Shown here piece by piece: positions 40,430 through 54,881 of a DNA stretch of 64,000 nt. The notes under the pieces are model-generated. The model ran no database searches and was not told where the DNA came from. It saw nothing but the letters and a program-made list of their open reading frames with translations. Position numbers and translations under genes: made by a program. The stretch spans positions 106,593 through 170,592 of the forward strand of contig ADNK01002959.1 in assembly GCA_000320545.1 (NCBI GenBank), in the 5' to 3' direction. The stretch comes from Bigelowiella natans CCMP2755. Taxonomy: Eukaryota; Protista; Cercozoa. Position 1 is the first letter of the stretch. Each line of letters opens with the position of its first letter.

Positions 40430-41453
40430 GCGTCACGTACAACTGCAGCTACTACTACAACAACCAAACCGTTATCATCACCATCGTCACCGTCATCACT
40501 TTTGAAGATCTTTCTTCTTCACCCCATCATTATCATCATCATCATCATCATCATCATCATCGTAGTAGCAGTAGTAGTAATAGTAGTAGTAGTAGCAATT
40601 TTCATCACTCACTTCTTAAGGCATACTCCTTCCCAATTTGAGGTGATTTAAGGTGGTGAAAGCTGCTGCTGTACAAGTCGAGTTTTAGGCGAGAAAGACC
40701 CCAAATGAATTAGTATGAAAAGTAGTACAACATATGTCAAAAACATGATGATTATTAATTATATATAATAACAGCATCAATAGTCAACACACTATTACCT
40801 GTTAATGTTCATATTCAAATGATATGTATCATCATTATTCTCGCCATCATCAATTTTTGATTTTCTGAAACCGCTACTTCTTCTTCTTTTCCCTGAGTCT
40901 TCTTCTCCATCATAACCGTCCAGATGTCTATTTATCATTTAAGTTGTAGAGTATTTCAATTATATAAGAATCATGATATAGGATGATGTAAATTAGTGTG
41001 CAATATCTAACACAGGCATAACAACAACAACAACAACAATAACATCATCAAACATTAACACATATAGTGAATTAATACCCCTCTCTCTGTCTTGCTACTC
41101 CTTTCGTATCATCTTCATCATCACTGCGCTCAGCATCATTATCCTTCACGAAGTCAGTACGTGCCAATGCTTCTTCAATCCTGATGGGTGAGGAGAAGGT
41201 ACATGTAGACGAATAAGAACAATGTGAGAAAAACAATATCATCGTTAAGAACAATGTGAGAAAAACAATATCATCGTTTTAAGCAGCAACAACAACAACA
41301 TCAAACATCTATTCAGCACTAAATCATATATATGTATCTAATTAATAGAGGAGGAGGGTTTTAATAATTATTCGCTGCTCACAATATCTTACTTATCGAG
41401 ATATTCGTCTTTTACTTCATCTCCAGACGGGGCATTTAACAACAACTAATCAT

Positions 41454-41486
<33 letters not shown>

Positions 41487-42273
41487 ATAGTAGTAGTATC
41501 ATCAAAATATGAGAAGAACACTTATAACAAAGGAATTGATGATATGATCAGTTAATAATATTATATTAGAGGGAGAATGAGAAATTACATTAAAGAAGCT
41601 ATGGGATAATAAACCTAATGTACTAGTAGCAGCAGGAAGTAAGTACGTAATACCTCTCGAAAAGAAGGCTGCTTGCCAATGTTCCAATCATGATCTTTTG
41701 CTGCTGCTGCTGCTGCTACAGTGCCGTCGTTATCAACAGCATCATTTCCCTGATCTTTCACCATAATCATCATGTTCTTCTTCTTCTTACTGAGAATCGA
41801 AGAAGATCTTGCATTTATCACATGAGCCTTAATCATACGTGTAGCAAGTGGTAGCAGTAGTAGTATTAGAAGAAGAAGAAGAAGAAGAAGAAGAAGAAAA
41901 ATAAGAGAGGTAATTTTGATGAGACTTTGTCATCATCGTGGTATAGTAGTGAGCAGGTCAGTCAATAATCATGTGAAATTACTGCGATCATCACCCATCA
42001 TCATCATCACCATATTATTAATATTATCATTGTGACGTAGAAGGGGGAACATGAGGAGTAACAATATTGATGATATTGTTGGGAATAAACACACATCTTC
42101 TCTTCAATTGCTTCTTCATTAATCATTAGTTTCTCCTCATGTTCTTCTTCATCTTCTTCTTTTATTTCTTACTTCTACTACCACTACTACTACCACTACT
42201 ACTACTACTACTACTAATGCTACTACTACTACTACAAGTTGTACTAATGCAACTACTTCCAGTTGTACTAATG

Positions 42274-42307
<34 letters not shown>

Positions 42308-43273
42308 CAGTTGTTGTGAGTCAACATCAGAACTACGTATCTTTGCCTCCTCCTCCTCCTCGTAGTTGTAATACTCTTCTTCCTCTTTGTCATCACCATT
42401 ATTCTCTATCCTCCTCCTCCTCCTCCTCCTCCTCCTCCTCCCATCAAAACCATCAGTAACATCATGTTCTCCTGCTGCACCTTTTCCAACTATTACGTCG
42501 TCATGGTGTCTGAATTGCCGTATCTTGTTGTTGTTGTAGATGTTGTTATTGTAGATGTTGCTTGATTGTTTATTGTAGACAAGCAGCCCTATGTCACTTA
42601 GCGAGCTTTCCTTGATGATGTAAGAACAGAATGAAGAAATGAAGATATCAATGCTGCATGATTCGAAAAATAACAACTACGCATTATTGTCTGTATATAT
42701 CTAACGTAAAATAACAACTACGCATTATTGTCTGTATATATCTAATGTAATGATTCGTCATTTTCCCCACAGGATCTCCAATGAAAGTGTGGTGAAAAAG
42801 GAATAAATAAATCAAAGAATAGATGATGAGTATTTTCATTGTCTTAATCAATAGATTGCTATCATCAGTATCATCAGCATCATAATCATCACCTCTTCTA
42901 ATTTCCTAGCGACGACCTCACCCCTATACACTTTTATCCTGCTTTTATTGCTGCTATTGCAGCTCTCAATGTTGCTCAAAATCTTACTAAGGAGAACTTC
43001 AGGAATCTCACTGAAAGAAGAAGAAGAAGAAAAAGGATAATGTTAGTTTTTTACAGTTTGAACGCAGAAAAGAGTAGGAAGTAAGTGCTTTTTCCTTTAT
43101 CATTATTACTATTATTATTATTTTTTTTTTTTTTTAAGCTATTACATTAGTATTTCTATTATTATTATTATTATTAGTAGTAGTAGTAGTATTATTACCA
43201 CCAACCAACAGATGGCAACAACTTACTACGACTACTACTACTCTATGTGCTTGTTGTTTTCTTTCAAGGTCTC

Positions 43274-43322
<49 letters not shown>

Positions 43323-43745
43323 TGAATAATAAATTGCTGCTCCTTCTTCTAATCTCAGATGATGATAATAAGAATTCCTTAGGTTCTCCGTGTACAGGAG
43401 CAGCAGCAGCAGCAGCAGCAGGTGGTAAGGGAGGATGCAGCTCGTCGAGGCAATTTCTTGATAATATTAATATATGAATATTTTTGTGAGTGAATGAATC
43501 ATCTTTTTCATATTATGATGTGTACAGGTAGTATATTTAAACAAGCACTACTACTACCACCACCACCACCACCAACATTGTAATAATCCATAATCCTTTT
43601 CTTCTGTCTTCTACGTACAACTTCTTCCTACTACTACTGCTGCTGCTGCGAGTAATAGCTCTACTGCACTCTTACTAGCTGCTACCATTATTATTCATTT
43701 CAACGACGTGTTACCATCAGCAAGCAAACTGAAGCGTGTGTGGAG

Positions 43746-43783
<38 letters not shown>

Positions 43784-44099
43784 TTACCTAATTATGTGAC
43801 GTTTCTCTGATTCGGTAAGGCTGACATCAACAGCAGCAGCAGCAGCAGTAGCTTTCTCCCCTCCTCCTCCTCTTTGGTTGAATGATAACGATAACGACGG
43901 ACAGGGTATCTCTGGACGTGTGCAAAATATTGTAAAGTTAATTGCAATATGTTGTACATGTGTTAATTTATGTTGTATGTGTGATATGTGTCAAGTATAA
44001 CGAGAGGAGGAGGAGAAGGAGGAGGAGGGGGGGGAAATGTTACTGTTTATCACCAAATCAATCAGGAAATCAAGACAACGTTATAATAATGATGATCCA

Positions 44100-44135
<36 letters not shown>

Positions 44136-44793
44136 ATCTAGTAGTAGTAGTAGTAGTAGTACCTGCACAACGTCGGTGAAGCTCTTTAAGACCCTTGGCG
44201 ACACTACTTGCATCATCATCGTCGTATGCGTAGTCATCATCTTTCTTCTTCTTCTTGTTCTTCTTCTTCTTTCGCCTAAGAACAACGATATTTAGAAATT
44301 CTTAATCAGTGACTACGTGCTGCATGTATATCATCATCATCATCAGCAGCAGCATCATCATCGATCATCTCAATAATAATATACCTACTATCAACATCTC
44401 CTATCTTTTATCATCATGTTACACTACTTCTTTCTTCTACTACTCACCACAATTTCTTTTTCTGCTGCTTTTTGTTCCTAAGTTTCTTCTTCCGTGCCTT
44501 ATCATCATCATCATTATTATTGTTACTATCATTATCATCGTCAAGTTGTTGTTCCTGTTGCGAAGATGATGGTAAGGATGATGATGATGATGATTCAGCA
44601 GAAGGTATCCAGAAGGGTGACGATAGCTGCTGGTTCTTATGATGATGCGAGCCTGATCCCTCCTCCCTATATGCTACTGCTGCTGCTTCTTCTTCCGTAT
44701 CTACACTCTAAGTAGTTTATAAAGATAGATCATAGCAGAGAATATTACCAGTACCAAATTTAGTAATATTGTGCGAGTATCCGTTACGGGTGT

Positions 44794-44830
<37 letters not shown>

Positions 44831-45042
44831 GAAGAAGAAGAAGTAGTAGTAGTAGTAGTAGGAGTGCCAGCCAGTGATGGTGGTGGTGATAATAGCAGAT
44901 AGTAGTAATAGTAGTAGTAGTAGTAGTAATAGTAATAGTAGTAATAGTAGTGTGCATGTCCACTTTGATCCCTCCTCCTCCTCCTCCTCCTCCTCCTTTT
45001 AGTATTACTACTACTATTATCACTAGCTACTAGCTACGAAGA

Positions 45043-45076
<34 letters not shown>

Positions 45077-45093
45077 GCTACTAGCTACGAAGA

Positions 45094-45124
<31 letters not shown>

Positions 45125-45141
45125 GCTACTAGCTACGAAGA

Positions 45142-45175
<34 letters not shown>

Positions 45176-45192
45176 GCTACTAGCTACGAAGA

Positions 45193-45226
<34 letters not shown>

Positions 45227-45772
45227 GCTACTAACTACGGCAAGATTAGTACTCGTAACATATCTTCCCAGTCTGGTTGTAATGTGTCATTTCGGGCCCT
45301 AATAATAATAAGATCTATCATCATCATCATCATCATTAGTATAACCAACTAACCTCCATCGCTCCTCTCGCTCTCTGTGCTTTCTTGTTATAGCATCATC
45401 CTCCTGGAATATGATACCATCTTCTTCCATCGAAGGGTTAGACCTAAGTTCTCATAAGCAGCAGGAGAAGAAGAAGAAGAAGAAGAACAACAACAACAAC
45501 AATGCATTGAAAGTAATAAAACAAGAGAAAAGAAGAGGCACCTATTCAGGGCTGAAAATTACTAGCGATGATGTGCGACATGCCTTCTTTCTCTTTGTAT
45601 TTTTACACGAAGTTAATTATTATTATTACGGTGTTCTCACGAAAGAATGAGGCTTTATCATCCTCATACCCCTGCTACTCATTCCTCCTCCTGCCTGGTT
45701 CTTGATAGAGAGTGATTGGAGAAATCGTTTCACTCCATCCACCCAATTTGAGTATCCTTCAAATGCTTTCAT

Positions 45773-45814
<42 letters not shown>

Positions 45815-46106
45815 TGTCAGTGATATCAGTACACACAAATTGATACATAAACACGCAATGATGATGGTGATGATGATAGTGAATGATGACAATGATAATT
45901 ATGACGATGATGCTAACATATCGGTCAGCTTCTGATAGCATTCAACACAAAGACTTTCTTCCTCTTTCATTCAGTGTGATTTGTTTTAAACAGTATTTAC
46001 TATCGTAAAATCTCTATATTCTATTACGTTGGATTTCCTCAACGCCTGGGTTAAAGCTGCTGCTGCTAGATCCCATAGACTCTAATATTACGATTGGTAA
46101 CGGATG

Positions 46107-46139
<33 letters not shown>

Positions 46140-48412
46140 GTGATGATGATCATCAAGTAGTATTAGCTCATGATGAGAGTAATATTGTTGTAGGTAGGTG
46201 TATCATCTAGTGGTATAATTATCAACATCATGTAGTTTGAAGCTACTAATCTCAAGCATCATCGAATAGATAATAATCGGTTAGTGAATTAGAGAACAAC
46301 ACAATACTATAAGCTACTTAGGACAACAACGATAGTAGATGATAACGTAGAATCATTATAAATTATTATCATCAGGACAACAACGATAGTAGATGATAAC
46401 GTAGAATCATTATAAATTATTATCATCAGGACAACAACGATAGTAGATGATAACGTAGAATCATTATAGATTATTATCATTGTCGCTAGTGACTAAACTT
46501 GAGCCTCCATCAAATTGAACGCCGCTAGCCTCGCTCTCGATGCTATTGAAGAAGAAGAACAAGACACAAAAGACGACGAATACAAATCAAAAAATGTAAA
46601 TACTTCTACTTTTTCACTGTTGCTTTTTATTTATCCATTGCTGTAGTAAACATTATGGCCTTCTCTCGATCTACAATAATCTTCTATTAGAGATTTTAGT
46701 AGAACTTGTAGTCAGTACGACAATATCATCATCTACACATCAACAATATTATTAATCCACTGGCAGCATACCCTTCAGCCTTTGCAACGTCCTTTCTTCG
46801 TTTTCTTCTCTCTCTGGCTAAATCATTCCTACAAATAACAATGAAATTTAGTTAATTTGTTGTTGATGATGAAGATGATATTGCTGATGACGATGTTAGA
46901 TATGGTTTGAGATTATTTTTTAGTATTCGAATATTTAATATGTGGGCATAATTAGTGTTTTTTATTACATATAGCATGGTATCTACCTCCCCCCCCCCCA
47001 ATCTGATGAACTTCCAGTATCCGAGTGGTATTGACGCCGAACGTGCCGTAAATAGGACTATGTAAGTCAAAAATGCAAGCAGATAGTATTAATACTTCTA
47101 GCGTGTTGTGTTTGTTTGTATGCGTTCGAAATTTTAGGTAATTGTTATCATCATCGTCGTCATCGTTAATGCAAAACAGTTTGGTGGTTGGATTGCTCTA
47201 ATCATCGCGTGTTATCGTGACATGATAGTGGTGGATTGCTCTAATCATTGCGTGTCATCGTGACATGATAGTGGCGGTGGTACTAGTCACACACACACAC
47301 ACACACATACACACACACACAAATAATACTCATACACATACACATACACATACACATACAATAACAGTAACAGTAACAAAAACATACAAATACCTGTCTT
47401 CGTTGCTTATAGTTCATTGATCCGTCTACATTCAACTACAGTAACAGATGAGTAATTATATTCTCGCCTTTTCATTTTTACTAAGTTTGGAATTGCTACT
47501 TAGATGGATGTTTCGCAAAAGTCATCATACAGAAGGTCCAGTGAGGACTCAAATTAATTTGTCATACGTAGTAGTAGTTGTAGTTGTAGTAGGTGGTATT
47601 ATTAGTAGGGGCATCACATTACCTCCTCCTCGCTCGCCGTTTGCCCTAATATCTTGTTCGTTGCCTTTGGAGGTAAGCGAGGATTGCTACTATCGGTGCT
47701 ACCCGTCCCCTTAGCGGCGAAGAAAGAATCTTCGTGGGGCTTGTTGTTGTAGTGGTTGTTGTGATAATTGTACAGGTGTTGTTGCTGCTGGTGCTCCTGC
47801 TGTCTATCCGCAGCGCCAAAGTGGATATTACTACTACTGCGTCGTCTGCGCCTCATTCTCATGTCTAGTTGCAGCAGTCTCACATCTCTACTGCTGGTAC
47901 TGCTACTGCTGCTGCTGCTGCTTCTTCCACCGTAACAGCTACTACTACTACTACTCCTACCACTACCACTACCACTACTGCTACGATGACCATCACCACT
48001 ACTACGTCTGCTACCACTGCTGCTATGTTCATCATCCTCTTTCCAGGCCTGTTCCGACTCAATAGTAGTGGAAAGTAGCAACGGAAGGACTAGAATTATC
48101 GCAGCTGCTAGCTTCGCAGCTGCGATTCCACTCTAGGATGTTACAAATAAGGAACATATGTAAAAATGAGGCAGCGGCAACTACGTTGCTTTAGTTTGAG
48201 TTTTACTCCCTCTCTCCTCCAATATCTGGTTATCTTCAGGATGTTAAATAATACCTTCCGATCTGACTGCTGATGATGGCGCATGGTGATCGTGTGCTTT
48301 ATCATTTCCTCCTTGAACTTCAAAATCGACGATTATTCACTTTCGTGAGGAGGGGATAGTAGGGGAAAGTACAAACATTCAGTTCCTTCCCTGCAGCAGC
48401 CATAATGTCCAT
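30867..48412 (-). CDS. Large unresolved multi-exon gene (possibly more than one gene, or partly pseudogenised), low-complexity protein
   Basis: Minus-strand exon-like frames, e.g. MDIMAAAGKELN/FKEEMIKHTITMRHHQQSDRK, RIEEALARTDFVKD, SELCNRSLTVW...DPDQIRRRL, AFQRIVAHARDIQEQDRR. No family motif recognised. Confidence 0.35.
45020..45238. repeat. Minisatellite, ~4 units of gctactagctacgaagaa-(cta)n
   Basis: Direct inspection. Confidence 0.9.
46320..46480. repeat. Minisatellite, 3 x 54 bp
   Basis: ggacaacaacgatagtagatgataacgtagaatcattataaattattatcatca repeated three times. Confidence 0.92.
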
Positions 48413-48987
48413 TCTCGGGGCTAAATCCAAAGGCGATCCATCCATCCATCCCCATCATCTACAAATGATCGTGTACTAGCAATAGTAGTAGCATCCTAGT
48501 AGTAGGGAATGATCGATCAGTATTTGTACCACTAGATCTACTTTCTTAAAGTACTAGTAAGTAGATCCTACTAGGAAAACTTACTAGCAATAGTAGTATC
48601 CTACTAGGTAGTGGGGTTAGTGGGGGAATGATCAGTTTTTGTACCAGTACTTTCCTAAGTACTAGTAAGTAGATCCTACTACTACTAGTTACCTAGCTAT
48701 TCTAGTCGCATCCTTCTTCACTGCCCACCTTGGTAGTAAGTAGTAGTAGTAAGTAGTAGTAGAAATAATAGTGGAAATTACAACAAACAACAAACAACAA
48801 CAGCAACAACAACAATAACAACAATTACAACAATAACATTAACAACAACAACAAAGTAAGAGATAGCACAGTACAAGTAATCTTCCACCCCCATTGTTTC
48901 TTGTGGGCATAGCCAGCAGCAGCAATCTAGCTGTCCGCCACCTTCTAAATAAGTGGATTATTCAACTAATAGGTGCCGTACGTTCTC

Positions 48988-49508
48988 ATGGTGGGATTTG
49001 GATCAAATTCCAATGAGATGATGCAGCGTTTGATGCATTACACGCCACACTGTCTTACCTCGCATTTTATCCCCTCCTGTGTGGCCGGTGGCTTATTCTA
49101 CGGAGTGCAAGACGTCATGCTCGGGGGTGCGAGACCATCCATAGAGGGTTTTGGAAGATATGCGGCCATTATATATACCTATAATGCGCTACAGTGCCCT
49201 CTCGAGGCCATACAGGGACGCAGGAGTATTCTTCACAATGTCGTATCAGGGGGTATCCTAGGTTATGTAGGTAAGTCTTCTTCGTCGTCTTCGTCACCCA
49301 TCACCATCATCGTCATCATTTTCAGTCATCACATAAACTTAATAGTCTCATCACTAATTGCACATTTATCCCGACCACTCTATCACTGTCATGTTGATAC
49401 CCAAATCCTGCGAGATAGGAACGATACGCGCGCATGCGTCTTGTTTCAGGGGTGCTACTCCTACTATAATAGATGCATTATATATGCAAAAAGATATGAG
49501 AAAACAGT

Positions 49509-49564
<56 letters not shown>

Positions 49565-49575
49565 ATCTATCTGTC

Positions 49576-49610
<35 letters not shown>

Positions 49611-49768
49611 ATGTGGTGATAGGTGTTTCCAAAGGTTGGGTTGGTATCCCATTCATTGATTACTCCTTCTTCTATCGCTACCCCCGGATAACACCACCAA
49701 TGGTAGGGGCAGGTATGTACGCAACTATGGCGTATGCTTTTGGGGCTCTTGGAGGTAAAGGATTTTAG
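48988..49768 (+). CDS. Tim17/Tim22/Tim23-family small membrane protein, 2 exons (intron 49271-49622)
   Basis: YNALQCPLEAIQGRRSILHNVVSGGILG resembles the family C.L...RG..D..N...AG...G motif. Clean GT-AG intron joins in frame to VSKGWVG...GALGGKGF*. Confidence 0.7.
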
Positions 49769-49964
49769 GGATTAGCTTAGAGTACGTACAGTGTAACAGT
49801 GACCGCGTTATGTGCACGCAGGCTGGTAGACATATTTTTACTAACATGACGGTCCTGTCACATTGGGCAATTATTGCAAGTCACGATGCACTACTAGACA
49901 CACGCACAGCACAACACAGACATTGCATTCATGTATGCTACTCTAGTACTGCTGGTCGCGCGTG

Positions 49965-50880
49965 TCGCGCCTTCGGTTTGTGCACTCATCACTTGCGTGG
50001 GAGTTGGCATGCTGTCAACGTCCTTGTTGATTGTCTGAACTTGCTTTGCCTGCATGGCAGCAGGCGCGGTGCGATGATGCGACGCGGCATTGAAACCATT
50101 CGCATGCAGAACGGCCGCAGCCGGGCTGTTGTCCTTGAACTCTTCGTCAAGGCAAGCTGCGTGCTTCGGAATGGGTGACGCTGATCGGTCAGCGTGCCGC
50201 GGTGGTGGATCTGAGGTGCTGCGCACGTGTGCAGAAGCACGCGTGTCGCAGGGTTGAAGTTGAGACGCACACGGACTGTTGCATGCAACCGATTCGTTCT
50301 GCATCACGTGCAGCTGTCGATTGTTGCAGCAATGTGCGCCCTCGCATGCAACCGATTCGTTCTGCATCGAGTGCAGCTGTCGATTGTTGCAGCATTGGGC
50401 GTGGTGCAATGTGGTCTCGTGTTGAGAACTGAAGTCGCATGAGTCGTTGAGTTGCATTGTTGTTTGGTCCTTGAGTTGCTTTGTCACTTGAACGTTTGAG
50501 TTCTGATGTCACTTGGTCGTTTGAGTTCTGAGTGCGCTTGGTTGCTTGCTTGTGCAGTTGAGTTCTGATCTCAATGTGTCACTTGGACTTTTGAGTTCTC
50601 ATGAGTTGTGTCTGAATCGTTGTTGCAGGTGCGACGACGCATGGCTTTTCACTTTGCCATGTCGCGATGTGGCTTTTCACGCTGCCGTGTCGCGATGCGC
50701 GAAACTCCTGAGAGACTTCCGCAAAGTGAGTGAGCTTTTCACTTTGCCACATCGCGACACGCTGAGCGCCACTTGGCCGTGTCCAACGTGTGCACTTTTG
50801 CACGCGGCCTTGTCGGGCCAGCACAGGCCAACAGGGGGCTCGTCGTGGTCGGGCGGCAAACTGCATCGTGGCGCCGTGCT
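49965..50880 (-). mobile_element. Second, inverted partial copy of the 24-25 kb element interior; TpA-free
   Basis: Near-identical to 24410-25075 (ORF-track translations nearly match), with patchier similarity back to ~24185. Confidence 0.9.
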
Positions 50881-51771
50881 GGCGTGCGCCACACGCGCGC
50901 ATCGCAACAAACAACAGCGCGCACAATGAAAAGCGCTGTTGTGTGCCAATGTGAGCTCAATGGTTTGGCACGGCTAGATGGGGTACACATCGCACAATGA
51001 CTGTTCACAAGGCTCGTCTCTAGCTACGTGTCAATTTATTTGGCATGTGTCGATCGGTGCGATGCAGCAACCTTGTAGTTGCTAGTGACATGTTACATGT
51101 GCACGCATGGCATGTGCGTAGCTGTGCGTCGTGCGCACGCATCATGCAGTTGATCGATGTGTGCTTGCGTAGCTGCAGGCGTGCACTGGTGCAGTTTGCA
51201 CTGAGTCCAATGTAAAGACCGACGCTACGTGTACTACATACGAGAAGATCGCATGCACAATACAACTATGCGATCAAGGTTATGCAATGCCAGTCGCAAA
51301 GTCAATGACATTTGAATAATAAATTATGTATGTTGAATAAAGTCTCTATCTGCGTTTGTTTATATGTATGAAAAGGATATTGAGAGACAGCGAGCGGAAG
51401 CTAGCAGACAAAGCAAGTAATCCTATGTGAGGCATAATTTTGCTAGCCTCATATGAAGTCATAATTGTGCGTGCCTATACTTATTCCCACGTGTTATACA
51501 AGTATGTTAGCATACTGATGATGATGATGTTTGATAATTCAAAAATATACTTGCCCTGTTGACGGTAACATCAATATAAAATTGCTGAGTCCTTTCGACG
51601 TGACATGTTATCACGTTAGAAAGTCAGTATTCATTCTCAAGTTGTTCGATATTTTAGCGGTTTGTCCTTTTGTATTCATTTCATTTAGGAACAGATTTCC
51701 GTGACTCATCACCAGAGGGGAGGTATGCCGTCGGAACAGAAGCACATGCATACCCATGATATTCGTCATCT

Positions 51772-52636
51772 TTAAGTTACGTTTGAATCCTCCTTGCCAC
51801 CAACCAAAGGGTGCGTGGTTGCATCATTTGGAGGAAATGATGATTCAAACTGGGGCCTTCCGCTATCTGTAGCCCTGGGATTTATAACGTGGTAATAGTG
51901 GTATTCATGAAATTCAGACAAGTTTCAAAAAGCTTATGCTAGTAATAATTAACTTTCATTGAATGCTCCAATGATAACTTGGTAATTAATGTTTCTCACC
52001 CTTGACGACAGAACATTGCGCCAAAATATAAGCCCCCGAGTAGTATAACCTTTTGGGAACACAAATATATTTATGGAACACAAACAAAATACACCCTCAT
52101 ACAAATTTTTATTTTCAAAATTTTGTCTATTTTAGTAAATAACGTAGCACTGCATTTTTACCACAAGGCTAGCGCATATAGCAACTAGATAGTTTCCTTT
52201 CATTTTCAGAATCCTTATTGACATGAATCGCGCAGCAGCTTCCTGGTTGTTGCTACTACTGATAAGAATCAAGTTCTGTGTTTCAGGCCGCCTACAAGGA
52301 CAATGTTCATAGTTAATGAAGAACTCAGATCCAATAACAAAACATGGCTAGCTCACAGTAGAGATATCTCGTCATCTTTACGCAACGGTTTGTCTTCTTC
52401 TGCAGAAATTCTGGAAGGAGATTGAGTTTTAGGTACCTATTTCATAATTTTGAAAGTATTAAATTCGTTCGGAAACCTCCCTTATTCAAAGTAAACACCA
52501 TCGAAATATTCCCGAGAGCTGGTAAGAATTCCTGAACATCTTGCTTGTGAATCTGTTGTTGCTTCGTGTTTTGCAAGGCCACGGAAACTTTACAGTGGAT
52601 CAGCAGCAGTATCGCCGTCACTAGCATGGAAGGCAT
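51772..52636 (-). CDS. Small multi-exon protein with N-terminal signal peptide, unknown function
   Basis: MPSMLVTAILLLIHCKVSVA signal-like start. Later exon-like frames ETQNLILISSSNNQEAAARFMSIRIL, YTRGLIFWRNVLSSR, HVINPRATDSGRPQF...VT*. Confidence 0.45.
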
Positions 52637-53148
52637 AGTGTTCTCCTCCTCCTCCTCCTCCTCCTCCAGTCTAGCTAGAGGGAGGGAATTGTGATATTAG
52701 ACCGTAATCCCGGGCGGGATTCCGACATTATGTTACAAGGTAATACCAACACCTAACTCATGTTGTACACGTTGCTTTCGGAGATCATCCCATCTGAACG
52801 ACATATAAGTTTCTCTGTCGCAAGTACGTATTGGAACGAAAGACCAGAAGATGCTTCAAAGATGCATACTGGGTGATTTGTCCTGGATTTTCTAGTTGAG
52901 ACATGCAGATGACATAATTCTGACAACAACAATCTCATCAGTAGGAGAGAAGGAAAGTAAGTAGGTAGCCATTACCAGTGGCCCCCATTCCTGAAATACA
53001 CTCGTTTGGACATAAGACACAAGATGTTACGCATGCTCAACAACAGAAGACAGAGACTGCTACAGAGGTAATATGTGCTAAACACCACTCCAGACTTGTT
53101 GAATCATGCCTACATGCCTCGCCTGATCGTTCTTCATCCGAATCTAAA

Positions 53149-53552
53149 ATGTTAGAGTTCATCGTAAGACCGCTATCACGTGGGACTGGAGGACTTCTGC
53201 AATCAGAAAGAAAATATCTTTTGAGAAAGGTGTCTTTTTTCCCACTTCAAAGCTCCTCTCTGGGGGTGTGCTACTAATTTCCACAGCAGCCTTCGGGTAT
53301 TTCGGAGTAAATCACAATGCCAAAGCTGCAGAAAGGTGCCTATTCTTGTGCAGACAATGTTCAAACAAGAATCAATATTTCGAGCCTGGTTTAAAGAGGA
53401 TAATACTAATAATATATTTCAGAAAGTTCACATATGCAGAGGCCCGTGACGAGATTTCCAGCAGACTCAAGGAGTTTCGGTATTAGAAGTAGTTAGAAGT
53501 AGTAGTAGCGGTAGTTGTAGACTCAAGGAGTTTCGGTACTAGAAGTAGTTGA

Positions 53553-53600
<48 letters not shown>

Positions 53601-53675
53601 AAGTAGTAACTAATATATCCCTACTAACCCTAGTAGTACACACACGCTCAAGTACAAACACACACACACACACAC

Positions 53676-53716
<41 letters not shown>

Positions 53717-54846
53717 GGTGGTTATAGTTTACCCAAAAGACCACAGAAATGTCATGTCTTTATTCATTCACTGTATTTCATCACTCTGAATGGAAGTGAA
53801 GCTCGAAAGCAAATGCATGATGATGAGGATGAAGGAAATAATGATCATATTCGCAAAATCTAGCATAGACAAAGAAAAACAGGGAGAAAGATACCGAAAA
53901 ATTAAATACGCGGAAAGAGGAAGGGGGGGAAATCCAAACGTATAGAGTCGAGCAAATTAGGACGTAATGTTAATGATCATAATTACTCTATCCCTATATT
54001 TTTAGGTCTACTAATAAAAGTGTAAAGTGGCCAAAGCTAAGGATAAGACAGTCTTCATCACCCTCTAATGACTCCGCTGGAGGCCAACAGCCTCACCACC
54101 AACAAAATCATCATCCCCGCTATATTTTTGAGTTTCAAGTGCAACCAGACGTAGTATGTCGCAACAATCAATTTAGAATTAAGTTCATGAATCCACAATT
54201 TGATCTTGATTTCAATGATAAAATTAAGTTCATGAATCCACAATTTGATCGTTTTTCTCCATTCCACCAACGGATGAATGATTTATGTCATCTGTACAAT
54301 AAAGAAAATCGAGGAGTTACTAGAAAGGATTCTCCAAGATGTTGCTGAACCGATGCAAATTCAAACAGGTTGCTTAGAAGTAATTTGGGTTATTATCGTC
54401 TATATTATCCTTCTTATGAATCGATGATGATGAAGCTTAGTTCACCTATGAGTATTTGATTCTACAAGAGAGTGATTATTAGCTGATCTTTCTGCCCATT
54501 TTGTTTGCCAGGAAGCAACATTGCTACTACTACCACAAAGGGTGCATCATCCTCTTCCTTTCTATATCTCAGCTCTACGGATGGGAGATTCAATGTAGTA
54601 GAATACCAAATGAGGATGATTTGTGTGAATTGTTAGTCTAAGATAATATGTCATCTTATACAAATTACTTTATTGATAGTTGTTGTTGTAATATGCTACG
54701 GATGTGTCTTATCACTACATTATCAGATAATAATGGAGAAGAATAGCTGCAAAATTTACTTCGAGAAACTTGGTCATTATTGTCGTTGATTATATTGTCA
54801 AACGAAGAAAAGATTTGATTATATTGATTAACACGTGAGGGTTCTT

Positions 54847-54881
<35 letters not shown>

